Source: Leptonemataceae bacterium
GTDB taxonomy: Bacteria; Spirochaetota; Leptospiria; Leptospirales; Leptonemataceae
Assembly: GCA_965207725.1 (NCBI GenBank)
Contig: OZ242290.1
Span: forward strand, 861,025 to 925,024
Direction: 5' to 3'
DNA length: 64,000 nt
Of this stretch, positions 10,798 to 21,095 are shown in pieces; positions within the stretch are counted from its first letter, which is position 1, and each line of letters opens with the position of its first letter. A program made the position numbers and the translations under genes. The notes beneath the pieces were generated by a model. The model was given only the letters and a program-made list of their open reading frames with translations. It did no database searches and was not told the origin of the DNA.

Positions 10798-11068
10798 AGC
10801 GGTGCAAAGTCGACTTTTGTCGATTTTGCCATATTCGCATTTGAGAAATCATCAGTATATTTGAATTTTTAGATGGGGTTCTATTTGGCAATTTTTTTCT
10901 CAGAAATCGACTCCGTTTCTAGTCAATGAGCCCGCCGACCTTTTGCGCTTGCCGTTATGAAGCAATATCGAATTGGCAGAATACTCTTTTGCCAGGAAGC
11001 TTCAAAAATCTGTTGGCTGATTTTGATTTTCTTATAAACTCGGTTCATATGTTGGATTTGCTAGATAG

Positions 11069-12076
11069 ATGAGGCGTATATTGTCTGGAATTCAACCGAG
11101 TGGAATTTTTCACTTGGGCAATTATTTTGGAATGATGCAGAGAATGATTGCCTATCAAAATCAAGAAGACTCTCCAGCCTCAGATGGTAAAAAAAATAAT
11201 CAACTGTTTGTGTTTATTGCCAATTATCACGCGCTTACTTTGAAGCCTGATCCAGAGAAATTGCAGCAACAAACGCTAGAAATGGCTGCTGATTACGTAG
11301 CTCTTGGGCTTGACCCGCAAAAAAGTATTTTCTGGGTGCAGAGTGATCTACCACAGATAGCCGAGCTCACTTGGATTTTGACTCACCATGCCAGCGTTTC
11401 ACGATTGGAGCTCGCTCACGGTTATAAAGATAAAGTTGCGCAGGGACAGCAGGCTACTGCCGGTCTGTTCACCTATCCGATTTTAATGACTGCTGATATT
11501 TTAGCCTTTGCTACCAATATTGTGCCAGTTGGCAAAGATCAAGCTCAACATCTTGAGATTTGCCGCGAAATTGCTCGTAGTTTTAATCATCTTTTTGGTA
11601 AAGTCTTTACTATCCCCCAAGCTGATATTTTACCCGACCAACAATTAGTTGTAGGAATTGATGGGCGGAAGATGTCCAAGAGCTACCAAAACATGATTTG
11701 TCCGTTAGCGGCAGAAAACCTACTCAAAAAGAGCATTATGAGCATTCGCACCGATTCTGCTCAGCTTCAGGATAAAAAAGATTCGAGCGAAACTCCTCTT
11801 TTTCAGATTTTCTCTCTGTTCGCATCTACAGCTGATGCCAAAGATCGATTGATTGAAAAGTTTAACCAGCAAGGAAGTAGCTATCAAAAAATAAAATTAG
11901 AACTATTTTCTTTGATCATGGATACTTTTGCTCCAGCACGAGCACGCCGGCAAAAAATCAGTAAACCAGAGATATTAGAAATTCTGGCCGATGGCAGCAA
12001 AAAAGCAAAAGAAGTCGCTCAGCCTATTTTAAAAAAATGTCGTGATGCCTGTGGAATTTCCTATCGCTCTGGGTAA
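11069..12076 (+). CDS. trpS: tryptophan--tRNA ligase
   Basis: HIGH-type motif GIFHLGNYFG, KMSKS motif RKMSKS, and the class I TrpRS length of 335 aa. Confidence 0.9.
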   Translation: MRRILSGIQPSGIFHLGNYFGMMQRMIAYQNQEDSPASDGKKNNQLFVFIANYHALTLKPDPEKLQQQTLEMAADYVALGLDPQKSIFWVQSDLPQIAELTWILTHHASVSRLELAHGYKDKVAQGQQATAGLFTYPILMTADILAFATNIVPVGKDQAQHLEICREIARSFNHLFGKVFTIPQADILPDQQLVVGIDGRKMSKSYQNMICPLAAENLLKKSIMSIRTDSAQLQDKKDSSETPLFQIFSLFASTADAKDRLIEKFNQQGSSYQKIKLELFSLIMDTFAPARARRQKISKPEILEILADGSKKAKEVAQPILKKCRDACGISYRSG

Positions 12077-12156
12077 CAGCAAGATTTTTGATATTTCGAT
12101 TCTGTAAGTGTATCTGTGCCACTAAAAAAGAAATGTTTTTTTTTATTTTTTTTTTA

Positions 12157-14013
12157 TCAATGAAAATTGGATTCTAAACCAAAAACTTTTCTTTCAATAA
12201 AACGATGATACTCCCTGTTTGTTTGCTTTGCCCGCCCAAAGAAAAATTGGCGAAATTTCTGACGGAAACTAAGATGATCACGATGGGCTATCCGCACAGA
12301 TCGTTTCATAAGCTTATAGTATTCTTGCGGAATATTGTGTGTTTGCTTTAAATGCAAAAATAGATATTCTAAAATAAAAAGATCCTCATATTTTTCTTCT
12401 GTTTCAATTTTCATGAGAGCTTTTTCAAAAGCACTCTTGATTATTTTTTTGTGATTGTACAACAGATAAACTTGATAATCGTTTGGGTTCTTATTAAAGA
12501 CGCTCAATGGATTTATATTTTCGTTATCATCGATAAAGGGAACCAAGCAAATAAAGATTTCTGGGAATGGCCTTTGCATTATGTTTATCATTGAGTCAGT
12601 CAATAGAAGTTCAGTTCTTTTTAAATGGTAGGTTTGCCCGTAGTTTTTTAGAAAATCAATTAACCGACTAACTTCTTGAGAATCTGTGTGTTTTTTTCCA
12701 AAATCTTTTTCAGCAAGAGACTTGCCTTTTTTGTCAAGGTCATGGTCTTTATGCCAGCTACCTGTAGCAGTGCTTTTTTTTTGTTGATCTTTGTCGTTCA
12801 TTGGTATCGGCTGGCTTTTTACGAGTGGGAGCTCCTCGGTAGGTTTTTTGTCATCTATTTGCTGTTCCTTAAAAAAGGATGGAGTTTGCGAAATTATTGG
12901 ATGAGTCTTACCTTCGGTTATCCATTGCTCAAGTTGGAGAAACTCAATACTTAATTGGTGTAAGATTGATGGAATATTCTTTCTCCCTGCCTTCACAGAA
13001 TATAAGATCATCTTCGCATATTGTTGTTGCAAAGATGATTGCCCTGTTTGAGCATTTTTTTGTAGCGATAATAGGAGAGACTCATCATAGTAAGGAGAAA
13101 AAAAAGCTGGGCGCATGATTTCTTTGAGGATTGAATAGCGTTGCTGCAAGTAGGATGATGAATTCAAATAAAGAAGATCATAAATTGCAACTGAAGAGAG
13201 GTCGAGCTGATCATTTCTCTGAATTCTTTTGACTAAGTCTTCGCCACGAAAATTCAGTAAAAGATTTTTTGCCAAGGATTTTTGGATCAACGGCAGAACG
13301 ATGTGCAAGTGAATTCGCTGATTGACTTGATTGAGAACTTGGCTATTTTTTGTTTCTCGATTGAAATTTTTTTCACCATCCTCTTCTCTTTTCGTTGAGG
13401 AAGGAGCTGTTAGCTCACTCGGGAAAAGATAAAAACCTTGGAACTGACGATTCAGCCCGCTTAATTGCATCGGGAAATTTTGGTAATGGGTTACTTTTTG
13501 TAGGGCCTTTGCTTCTTCTGTGAGTAGTAGCTGATCAGTTTGTAGTTTTTCTATTTGTCGGATGGAATGCGCAATGATTACTTCAAGAGCTTCTTGAATG
13601 CCATGCGGTTGCTGATTGGTATTGACTAAAAAATGGCTAGAAAAAGAAAATGTAGCACGTTGATAGTTGAGCGCTCGAGCGATAAAAAGCGCACTGTAGC
13701 TCGATAATCGTAAGCATTCAACCCAAAGATCTTTTGTTTCAATAGTGTCCACTGGAGCGTCATTTTTTTTTTGCATTTTTTTTTCGACCACCCAAGAGAG
13801 AATTTCCTCTAAGGTTGGATATTTGGCGATGGATTGTTGTTGTTGTCGATTTGGGGTAGAATATTCGGCTTTACTCCTCTCGATAATTGCCTGATAGGTC
13901 GATCTCATTAATCTATGAGAAGACCAGTGTTGTTTTTCTTCTTCTTCTAAAAGAAACGTCTCTGCCAGCTGAAAACTAGAAAGTAGGCTGCTCTGCTGAT
14001 CGTTATTGGGCAT
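12157..14013 (-). CDS. hypothetical protein (618 aa, soluble)
   Basis: Long ORF with no recognisable motifs and A/T homopolymers read in frame. It overlaps the downstream membrane-protein gene by 1 nt. Confidence 0.5.
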   Translation of the reverse strand: MPNNDQQSSLLSSFQLAETFLLEEEEKQHWSSHRLMRSTYQAIIERSKAEYSTPNRQQQQSIAKYPTLEEILSWVVEKKMQKKNDAPVDTIETKDLWVECLRLSSYSALFIARALNYQRATFSFSSHFLVNTNQQPHGIQEALEVIIAHSIRQIEKLQTDQLLLTEEAKALQKVTHYQNFPMQLSGLNRQFQGFYLFPSELTAPSSTKREEDGEKNFNRETKNSQVLNQVNQRIHLHIVLPLIQKSLAKNLLLNFRGEDLVKRIQRNDQLDLSSVAIYDLLYLNSSSYLQQRYSILKEIMRPAFFSPYYDESLLLSLQKNAQTGQSSLQQQYAKMILYSVKAGRKNIPSILHQLSIEFLQLEQWITEGKTHPIISQTPSFFKEQQIDDKKPTEELPLVKSQPIPMNDKDQQKKSTATGSWHKDHDLDKKGKSLAEKDFGKKHTDSQEVSRLIDFLKNYGQTYHLKRTELLLTDSMINIMQRPFPEIFICLVPFIDDNENINPLSVFNKNPNDYQVYLLYNHKKIIKSAFEKALMKIETEEKYEDLFILEYLFLHLKQTHNIPQEYYKLMKRSVRIAHRDHLSFRQKFRQFFFGRAKQTNREYHRFIERKVFGLESNFH

Positions 14014-14564
14014 TATGTTGGAATTTTCTTGAGATAACGAATGATGAGCGAAAATTTAAACCAAGAGTGCCGCAAGCATGCAGTCGAAAAGAAAATAGTA
14101 GGTAGCAAGATCAGCCCAAAAAGATAACTGGTTACAGTAAAAGAATATTCATTGGCCTGCAGTGATGTATGAATTTCTTGAGGTTGAACAAATCCATAAA
14201 TATAAAAGACAAATATCATCAATAATAAAAAAAAAGTGAAGCGATGGATCAATGGTAGGGCGCTCATGATGAGGCTCAGCAGGGAGGCTAAAAAAAAGAA
14301 CAGGCGAGATGAGCTTGGATTCTGTTTGACTACTTGTTCTCCTCCATCCCAAACTATTTGATATTCAATCCAATGGGAAATACTCAAAAAGAGCAACACA
14401 ATATTGCCGAGCAGAAAGTAGGCAAGCAACTTATCCCTTTGTAAAAAAGTATTAAAAAAATCCTTTGCGCTGATACGGAATAGATGATAGTACGCCGCAA
14501 AGGAAATGAATAGATAGCGCCGTACAAGGGCAATCACATTACTAGAATTTTCTTGTTCTTTCAT
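14013..14564 (-). CDS. hypothetical membrane protein (4-5 TM)
   Basis: 183-aa hydrophobic ORF translationally coupled to the upstream 618-aa ORF. Confidence 0.45.
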   Translation of the reverse strand: MKEQENSSNVIALVRRYLFISFAAYYHLFRISAKDFFNTFLQRDKLLAYFLLGNIVLLFLSISHWIEYQIVWDGGEQVVKQNPSSSRLFFFLASLLSLIMSALPLIHRFTFFLLLMIFVFYIYGFVQPQEIHTSLQANEYSFTVTSYLFGLILLPTIFFSTACLRHSWFKFSLIIRYLKKIPT

Positions 14565-14577
14565 AAAAGAAAAGATC

Positions 14578-15060
14578 TCATCTTAATGCAAAAAGGGCTT
14601 CCATTTCCACAGTCGAGTTGAGCGGCAAATCAATTACGCCAATCGTCGTCCGGGTATGTTTACTTGCTGGAAATAATTTTTCGGCAAATTGGGAAACTGG
14701 GTTTGCAATTAAATGATGTTCGTGAAACTGTGTGTCCGATTGCACAAAAATACCCAAGCGGATAATTTCTTGAATATCGTCAAGGTTTTGGATAGCCTTT
14801 ACCGCCGCAATTGCGTTTATCAAACACAAGATCAGAGCTTCAGCCGCCCGCTTTTTTTCTGTCGACGAGAGTTCTGCGCTAAGCGGCCCGCACATTGCTA
14901 GTTCACCATTTTCCTGTATCGGTAGCTGTCCACTGGTATAGACCAGCCCATTGTGCTTTTTTGCGGGAATGTATAGAGCCACTGATTTTGGTGCATCTGG
15001 TAGAGTATAACCCAAGCTCTCAATTCTTTGTTGTAAATCACTAACGTTTGGATCAGTCAT
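14578..15060 (-). CDS. RidA/YjgF/L-PSP family reactive-intermediate deaminase
   Basis: 160 aa; the C-terminal signature RTTIGVIDLPLNSTVEMEALFAL matches the RidA family motif. Confidence 0.75.
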   Translation of the reverse strand: MTDPNVSDLQQRIESLGYTLPDAPKSVALYIPAKKHNGLVYTSGQLPIQENGELAMCGPLSAELSSTEKKRAAEALILCLINAIAAVKAIQNLDDIQEIIRLGIFVQSDTQFHEHHLIANPVSQFAEKLFPASKHTRTTIGVIDLPLNSTVEMEALFALR

Positions 15061-15098
15061 AGAATTTCCTCATCATCCTGTTATATATTTCCACTTGT

Positions 15099-16280
15099 CT
15101 ATATCTGGTATTGTTGGTACCATTTGGGGTTTAGGGCGCGTTGTAGCAGATAGCAATCGACGAGAACCAAATTCAACATTGCTTCGACAATTGGTACGGC
15201 ACGTGGTAAAACACATGGATCGTGTCGCCCGCCAGGGCGTATAGTTTTACTCTCTCCCTTGGCATTGACAGTTTCTTGCTGGCGGTGGATGGTCGCAGTA
15301 GGTTTAAAGGCCAGCCGAACGGTGATTGGCATCCCATTACTGATCCCACCTTGGATTCCACCAGAATGATTTGTTTTTGTCTTTATGACCGGATGGCTTG
15401 ATTGTTGCCGTTTGCTTGGCTTGGATTTTTTTTCCCCTTGTATTTGTTGATCTATGGGCGATTCATCGCAACTATTATAGAAAGGATCGTTATGCTCGCT
15501 GCCGAATAGCTCAGTACCAGAAAAACCACTCCCCACTTCAAACCCCTTACAGGCCGGGATAGATAAACAAGCCTTGCTTATTTCTGCATCTAACTTGCCA
15601 AACACCGGTTCACCGAGACCTGGTGGTACATTTTGTACATAGCCACGAATGATTCCTCCCAATGAATTGCCATCCTTTTGTGCTTCTTTAATTCTTGTGA
15701 CCATTTTTTCACTTGCTATTAGGTCCGGGCAGCGGACGATACTCGCTTCAATTTTTTTTCGATCAATTTCATTTTCGTCTCTAATGCTACTGGCTACAGT
15801 ATGAATTTTTTCAACCCAAGCATTGGTCTTTACTCCCAGTTCGATTTGGAGTATCTGTTGCGCGATCGCACCCGCTGCGACTCTGCCGATTGTTTCTCGC
15901 GCTGACGAACGACCGCCACCGAGCGGGTTTCTATGAGCATATTTAATATGAGATGTATAATCTGCATGCGATGGACGGAAGATGTCCTCCCATTTAACAT
16001 AATCCTTACCGCGCTGGTCTTTGTTGATTACCAGCAGGCAAATTGGCGACCCGATCGTCTTTTGCTGGTAGAGCCCGCTCATTATCTGAATTTCATCGGG
16101 TTCTTTACGCGGTGAACTAATTGTACTTTGCCCCGGCCTGCGACGTGCTAACTCTTGCGAGATCAAATCTACATCAATAGTCAAGCCAGAGGGACAACCG
16201 TCGATGACGACACCCACTGCTGATCCATGTGATTCTCCAAAGGTGCTGATGCGAAAGATTCTACCTAAGAGAGAGGACAT
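15099..16280 (-). CDS. aroC: chorismate synthase
   Basis: The N-terminus [28 protein letters not shown] and the later GRHDPCV and [14 protein letters not shown] motifs are all AroC signatures. Confidence 0.9.
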   Translation of the reverse strand: MSSLLGRIFRISTFGESHGSAVGVVIDGCPSGLTIDVDLISQELARRRPGQSTISSPRKEPDEIQIMSGLYQQKTIGSPICLLVINKDQRGKDYVKWEDIFRPSHADYTSHIKYAHRNPLGGGRSSARETIGRVAAGAIAQQILQIELGVKTNAWVEKIHTVASSIRDENEIDRKKIEASIVRCPDLIASEKMVTRIKEAQKDGNSLGGIIRGYVQNVPPGLGEPVFGKLDAEISKACLSIPACKGFEVGSGFSGTELFGSEHNDPFYNSCDESPIDQQIQGEKKSKPSKRQQSSHPVIKTKTNHSGGIQGGISNGMPITVRLAFKPTATIHRQQETVNAKGESKTIRPGGRHDPCVLPRAVPIVEAMLNLVLVDCYLLQRALNPKWYQQYQI

Positions 16281-16281
16281 T

Positions 16282-17319
16282 CTATAGATACTGACGTACG
16301 TTATTAAATAAATCGCTACTATCTTTTATGATCGTTTTTAACATTTTGGGAGAAATTGCCTGTTTAGGATCATCGCCAATACCCAAGCTGGGATTGCTGT
16401 GCACTTCTACAATGATGCCGTCTGCACCGTAAGAAAATGCAGCAAAAATGGCGTGGGGTACGTAATTGGCGCGTCCAACTGCATGCGATGGATCCACCAC
16501 AATTGGGGCCCATGTTTTTCCCTTCAACAGTGGTGTAATGCACTCGTCTGGGTAGTTGCGATAGCCATCGATACTGGGTTGCGTTCCCCGGGGACATAGC
16601 ATTATATTAGGATTCCCTTGGGCAACAACATATTCCGCTGCACAAATAAATTCATCTAACGATCCCATATGCATGCCACGTTTTAAGAGGATGGCGATTT
16701 GGTTATTTTTCTTTGGCTGGCCGATTGCCTTGAGTAACGAATAATTCAATGCATTCCGTGCACCAATTTGAATAACGCTGACTCCCGCCTCAATTACCAA
16801 ATCAATCTGTGAGGGCTCCATGACTTCGGTGACGATTCCTATCTTGCATTCTTCTTTGGCTCGGACTAATATATCTAAGGCTTGATTGCTTCCTTGATAA
16901 GAGTGCGGGCTGGTGCGTGGTTTCCAGACACCGCCACGGAGTAAATCTGCACCTGCTTCTTTGATTGCATGTGCGCTTTCAATAAAGAGCTGGGGATTCT
17001 TTATATCGATTGTGCAATGACCGGCAATAAACAGAGGATCTTCTTTTAAGATTTTCCCAGCAATTTTAATACGATGCTCCGCAAGATGTGATTGTATGTC
17101 CATGAGTTTATACGGTGATTGCACTGTATCGACTCGTGATAGATAGTCTAGTCCAAGTAGACGATTGATCATTGTTTCACTCCGCTCATCTCCCAATATT
17201 GCATAGACATGTCGAGTCTCTCCTTTTATACCCTGTAACCGACAGTTGAATTCATTGAGAATTTTGCTTACTTCCGTTAATTGGTTTTCTGTGAGATAAG
17301 CGGCCTTAGGAATAATCAT
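16282..17319 (-). CDS. 3-deoxy-7-phosphoheptulonate (DAHP) synthase, type I-beta (KDO8PS-like fold) with N-terminal extension
   Basis: The core resembles the NeuB/KdsA/DAHPS I-beta family ([20 protein letters not shown]). It is 345 aa with an extra N-terminal domain of about 80 aa. Its position directly next to aroC favours DAHPS over KdsA. Confidence 0.65.
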   Translation of the reverse strand: MIIPKAAYLTENQLTEVSKILNEFNCRLQGIKGETRHVYAILGDERSETMINRLLGLDYLSRVDTVQSPYKLMDIQSHLAEHRIKIAGKILKEDPLFIAGHCTIDIKNPQLFIESAHAIKEAGADLLRGGVWKPRTSPHSYQGSNQALDILVRAKEECKIGIVTEVMEPSQIDLVIEAGVSVIQIGARNALNYSLLKAIGQPKKNNQIAILLKRGMHMGSLDEFICAAEYVVAQGNPNIMLCPRGTQPSIDGYRNYPDECITPLLKGKTWAPIVVDPSHAVGRANYVPHAIFAAFSYGADGIIVEVHSNPSLGIGDDPKQAISPKMLKTIIKDSSDLFNNVRQYL

Positions 17320-18988
17320 TGTTAAATCCTAGCTCTTTTTTTCTATTTTCATTTTCTTTTTTTTTATGGTTAATGACGCTATTCTGTACTGTTCTATTTC
17401 TTGCCAGTTTTGCTTTTTGCAGTATTTTTGTATAGTCAAAATTTAGTGCTAACGTTTCGGTAAACTGTGCGCTTGAATATTTTTTTAATGATTGCTTCAA
17501 AGTAGAGTAGAGTTGTTGTGCGGGGAATGTTTCTTTAGTAAACATTGAGACTGGTTTGTCGCTTTTGCTTTGTGGGTTAGTTTTTGCAAGAATCTGCATC
17601 ATTTCCCCAGATTTATTTTGTCTGAGAAGCTGCTTCAATCGTTTGAGCTTGATCTTCCTTTTTCTTGCCATATGGATGCAGGCTTGCCAATTTCTTTTAT
17701 CAGCTGCGAGCAACTGTTGAGGGTAATGTGAATTTGTAGTCAGCTGATTGAGCATACTGTTGGTACGATGATAGAGACATTGTGCATAATAGGTATAACC
17801 ATTGCCAACGACATGACTTTGTCCTTGTCGACTAACAAATGAAACGCCAGCGATATAGAGATTTTGACTTTTTTTGAGTTCTGCGAGTAAGATCGCTAGC
17901 CCAACCATGGTATTGCTAGGATTTTCCATTAACGGCAGTTGTGCTAATTGTTCTTCTGCTAATAATTGATCGAGCGGATAAGTCGATCGATAGTAGATAA
18001 CTTCTGAGAACCACTGATCTAGTTGCGGTGCTCCACCGAGCCAAGTCAATAGTGGAATTTGAGATTTGATCTGACTTTTATTTTTTTTCTGCTTTGTTGG
18101 TAGAAAATGTGCAAGGTTTGCAAAATGCATGAGAGTACCCCGGCCGCTATCGACACTGATAATTAAGTCAATGGGAATTTTTGCTTGAGAGAGAGGAATG
18201 ACTGCGCTATCACTAGCGATCACCAAACTCTCCGTCAAAAAATTGGGATTTTTTTCTCGGAGCATTTCTAGTTCCGGGAGTAAGCTGCTGCTTGCTCCAC
18301 AAAATAGGATCGGTTGCCCCGTTATTTTAATCTGCTCACGTTTGTTCATTGTGAGAAAAGAAAGATTTTCTTTACCGAGATTGATGAGATAATGATGGAA
18401 CCATTGTCGCGCGAATTTTTCCTTGGTTTTTTTTTGCCGTGTCGATTGAGACAGATAGCTATTCAGTTGATCGCACCACTGGGGGAAATAACGATAATAT
18501 ACCGGCGAAAAAATAATTTGGATAGGGCTTACGCTTGGTCTTTTTTGAGATTTCAGCCAAGAGGGTAAATCTTCGATAATGTCTGTGATTTTCGTGTCAG
18601 TAGTCGCGACCTCTGAATTCATCAATTTTTTCCACTGTTGGTAGCGACCGTTCTCTTTTAATTTTTTTCTCATTTCTTGTATCGGTTCATAGAAAAAAAC
18701 TGTCGGTTCACAGTACCTTGTGTGCTGAAGAGCAGTGTTCTGTTCATTTTTTTTAGTTCTTGCCTTGAATGCAGCGTCCACAATATATCCGTAACCCATA
18801 CCGATATAGAGGATGCTCTGATATTTTCTTGACTGTAGATTGAGCCATTGTCGCTGAGCTTCTCGTTCTGGATCGGCACTGCTATGAAGGGCTCCCAACT
18901 CTGGGATAACCACCTGATCGGCTTTCTGATTGGGCTGCCCTTGGAAGCAGATATTTGGTATCTGTAACGAAAATAGAGAATCTTTCAC
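17306..18988 (-). CDS. DUF115/MptE-like domain protein (motility-accessory-factor, Maf-like)
   Basis: The central segment ILFCGASSSLLPELEMLREKNPNFLTESLVIASDSAVIPLSQAKIPIDLIISVDSG matches the DUF115 pattern found in Maf proteins of flagellin-glycosylation loci. 560 aa. Confidence 0.5.
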   Translation of the reverse strand: MKDSLFSLQIPNICFQGQPNQKADQVVIPELGALHSSADPEREAQRQWLNLQSRKYQSILYIGMGYGYIVDAAFKARTKKNEQNTALQHTRYCEPTVFFYEPIQEMRKKLKENGRYQQWKKLMNSEVATTDTKITDIIEDLPSWLKSQKRPSVSPIQIIFSPVYYRYFPQWCDQLNSYLSQSTRQKKTKEKFARQWFHHYLINLGKENLSFLTMNKREQIKITGQPILFCGASSSLLPELEMLREKNPNFLTESLVIASDSAVIPLSQAKIPIDLIISVDSGRGTLMHFANLAHFLPTKQKKNKSQIKSQIPLLTWLGGAPQLDQWFSEVIYYRSTYPLDQLLAEEQLAQLPLMENPSNTMVGLAILLAELKKSQNLYIAGVSFVSRQGQSHVVGNGYTYYAQCLYHRTNSMLNQLTTNSHYPQQLLAADKRNWQACIHMARKRKIKLKRLKQLLRQNKSGEMMQILAKTNPQSKSDKPVSMFTKETFPAQQLYSTLKQSLKKYSSAQFTETLALNFDYTKILQKAKLARNRTVQNSVINHKKKENENRKKELGFNNDYS

Positions 18989-19096
18989 TGATGTGAAATA
19001 TTATCGGTGTGTATATCTACACTTTGTTGATCAATTTTGCTGGTGGTTAACTCAAGCAAGCAAGGAACCGTTTCAGGGCAGTGGAGCGGCGTGCTC

Positions 19097-19633
19097 CTAA
19101 TCGCTATCCTCGACAATCAATCTTTTTACCGGGTTGCTCCTGTAATCAGAATCATCTTCGACCTCTGTTAGTCTCTCTTTTCTTTTCCCCAATACATGAC
19201 TATCTGTATCAAATCCTGGGATTTCTTCTCCAAGTTCGCTATCATCATCCGTGTCGGCATTCTTGAATTCCGCTAATTCTTCGGCGGTCGGTTTGCGATT
19301 ATTATCGTAAGAATGTCTTTCATCATCTTCCCAAGTATTATCAATTAATTGGCCGTATCGTGCCCCTCGTGCCATCGCCTGAGTGTGTTCTTGTTCTCGT
19401 TCTCCGAGTTCTGTTTCTAATTTTAATCGATCTTCTTCCGAGATGTAGCTCCACTGGATGTGGTCATCGGCGAGGAGATCCATAACCTGCACGCCTACTT
19501 TTTTGCTTTTACTCTTTTTGTGTGAATCTTCCATTTGATCGATTAAATCAATCGCAGAGAATGCAGCAACAGTAGTGGCATATTTGCCTCTTTCTACTAG
19601 ATCCATCAATTTTTTGATATCAAAGGTATACAT
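19097..19633 (-). CDS. hypothetical acidic protein
   Basis: 178 aa, rich in D and E, no recognisable motifs. Confidence 0.4.
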   Translation of the reverse strand: MYTFDIKKLMDLVERGKYATTVAAFSAIDLIDQMEDSHKKSKSKKVGVQVMDLLADDHIQWSYISEEDRLKLETELGEREQEHTQAMARGARYGQLIDNTWEDDERHSYDNNRKPTAEELAEFKNADTDDDSELGEEIPGFDTDSHVLGKRKERLTEVEDDSDYRSNPVKRLIVEDSD

Positions 19634-19738
19634 GTAGTATGTTTAAGTCTAGTAAACTGGCGCTATTTAATTTGTCAATGATTTTTTCTTTTTTTCTGTC
19701 ATTGATAATGGAGAAAAAAGCAACAACGAAAGAGCACT

Positions 19739-20980
19739 CTAAGCGTTCTTTTTTTTAAAAAACCGACGGACAACTTCAATGACGCGCATAATTTGCGTAT
19801 CGGTCAATTTCGCCGATAACGGCAGACTAAAAGTAGTTTCGCCAAATTCTTGGGCATTGGGAAGCTGTTCTCCTTGAATAGCGAGTTTTTTTTGATAAAA
19901 GGGAAAATCAGCAATACTGCGGTAATGAATGCTCACAATTATTTTTTTTTTGAGCAGGTAGTTGACGATTTCGTCGCGAATGGTTTTGCTCTGTGTCTTG
20001 CTTATTTGGACGGTATACAAATGGAGAGCATGGCGATTTTTTGGCTTTTTTTGTTGTCGGTTGGGCAAAATTTCAATCTTTTGCGGTAGGATGAGCGGGA
20101 GCCCAGTCAAGTTCTCTTGGTAGAGTTGCCAAATTCGTTGGCGGCGCAAATATCGTTCTTCTAGTTTTGCCAGTTGGATCGCGCCAAGGGCGGCTTGTAT
20201 ATCGGTTACATTGTATTTAAAGCCGGCTTCTTTAATTTCATAGGCGAGCCGATTCTTGGTTTTTCTTTTTTTTGCTGGCAAAGCCTGCAGTTGCCAGCTG
20301 CTTTGATCTCGCCCATGGTTGGCCAGGCAGCGAATGATATCTTCTTTGTCTCCGTCTCGCACGAGGACTGCACCACCTTCCCCCATCGTCAGGTTTTTGC
20401 TGGCATAAAAGCTAAAACAACCGTATTCACCAAAAGTCCCCGATTCTCGCCCATTTTGTCGACTTTCAATCGCATGCGCACAATCTTCAATTAAGATCAA
20501 AGACTGTTTTTTTTGCTTTTTGTCGATGATCGCGAGGATTTCCGCCATAGCACACATTCTTCCAGAAAAGTGGACCACAAGGATAGCTTTGGTTCGTTGG
20601 GTGATTTTCTTTTCTATTTCCCGAGGCGAGATATTCAAGGTAGTTGGATCGATGTCTGCAAGGATAGGCTGGGCTCCGCTATGAATGATTGCGTTTACCG
20701 TGGCAGGGAAAGTCATCGCACTGGTAATCACTTCATCGCCTGGACCAATGCCCGCTGCTAGCAAAGATAAGTGGAGCGCTGCGGTGCAAGAGTTGACGGC
20801 TACGGCTTTTCTCCCTTTGTACTGCGTGAAATCGCGTTCAAACGCCGCTACTCTTCTGCCGCTCGTAAGCCAGCCACTTTTCAAGGTATCGACCACCTCT
20901 TGGATTTCTTCTTCTCCGATGATTGGTTGTGAAAAGGGAATCAGTTCTCGATCAATATTGCCTTTATTTTTAGATATCAT
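19739..20980 (-). CDS. DegT/DnrJ/EryC1/StrS family PLP-dependent sugar aminotransferase (PseC/WecE-like)
   Basis: The pattern HFSGRMCAMAEIL...IEDCAHAIESR...FSFYASKNLTMGEGGAV is typical of DegT-family aminotransferases and includes the PLP-binding lysine region. There is a C-terminal extension of about 60 aa. Confidence 0.8.
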   Translation of the reverse strand: MISKNKGNIDRELIPFSQPIIGEEEIQEVVDTLKSGWLTSGRRVAAFERDFTQYKGRKAVAVNSCTAALHLSLLAAGIGPGDEVITSAMTFPATVNAIIHSGAQPILADIDPTTLNISPREIEKKITQRTKAILVVHFSGRMCAMAEILAIIDKKQKKQSLILIEDCAHAIESRQNGRESGTFGEYGCFSFYASKNLTMGEGGAVLVRDGDKEDIIRCLANHGRDQSSWQLQALPAKKRKTKNRLAYEIKEAGFKYNVTDIQAALGAIQLAKLEERYLRRQRIWQLYQENLTGLPLILPQKIEILPNRQQKKPKNRHALHLYTVQISKTQSKTIRDEIVNYLLKKKIIVSIHYRSIADFPFYQKKLAIQGEQLPNAQEFGETTFSLPLSAKLTDTQIMRVIEVVRRFFKKKNA

Positions 20981-21095
20981 TGCTTATCAGTTATTGATTT
21001 TTTATTGTTGCTTGAGTCCATGCTCTATCTTGCTTGCTGAGCTGTTATCAAAAACAATCTTTCAAGCACTTGGTGAAAAACACCGTTAATGAAGT

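Noticed and set aside
20685-21089. 134-aa plus-strand ORF
   Set aside because: It overlaps the DegT aminotransferase gene on the opposite strand. DegT has clear family motifs and this ORF has none.
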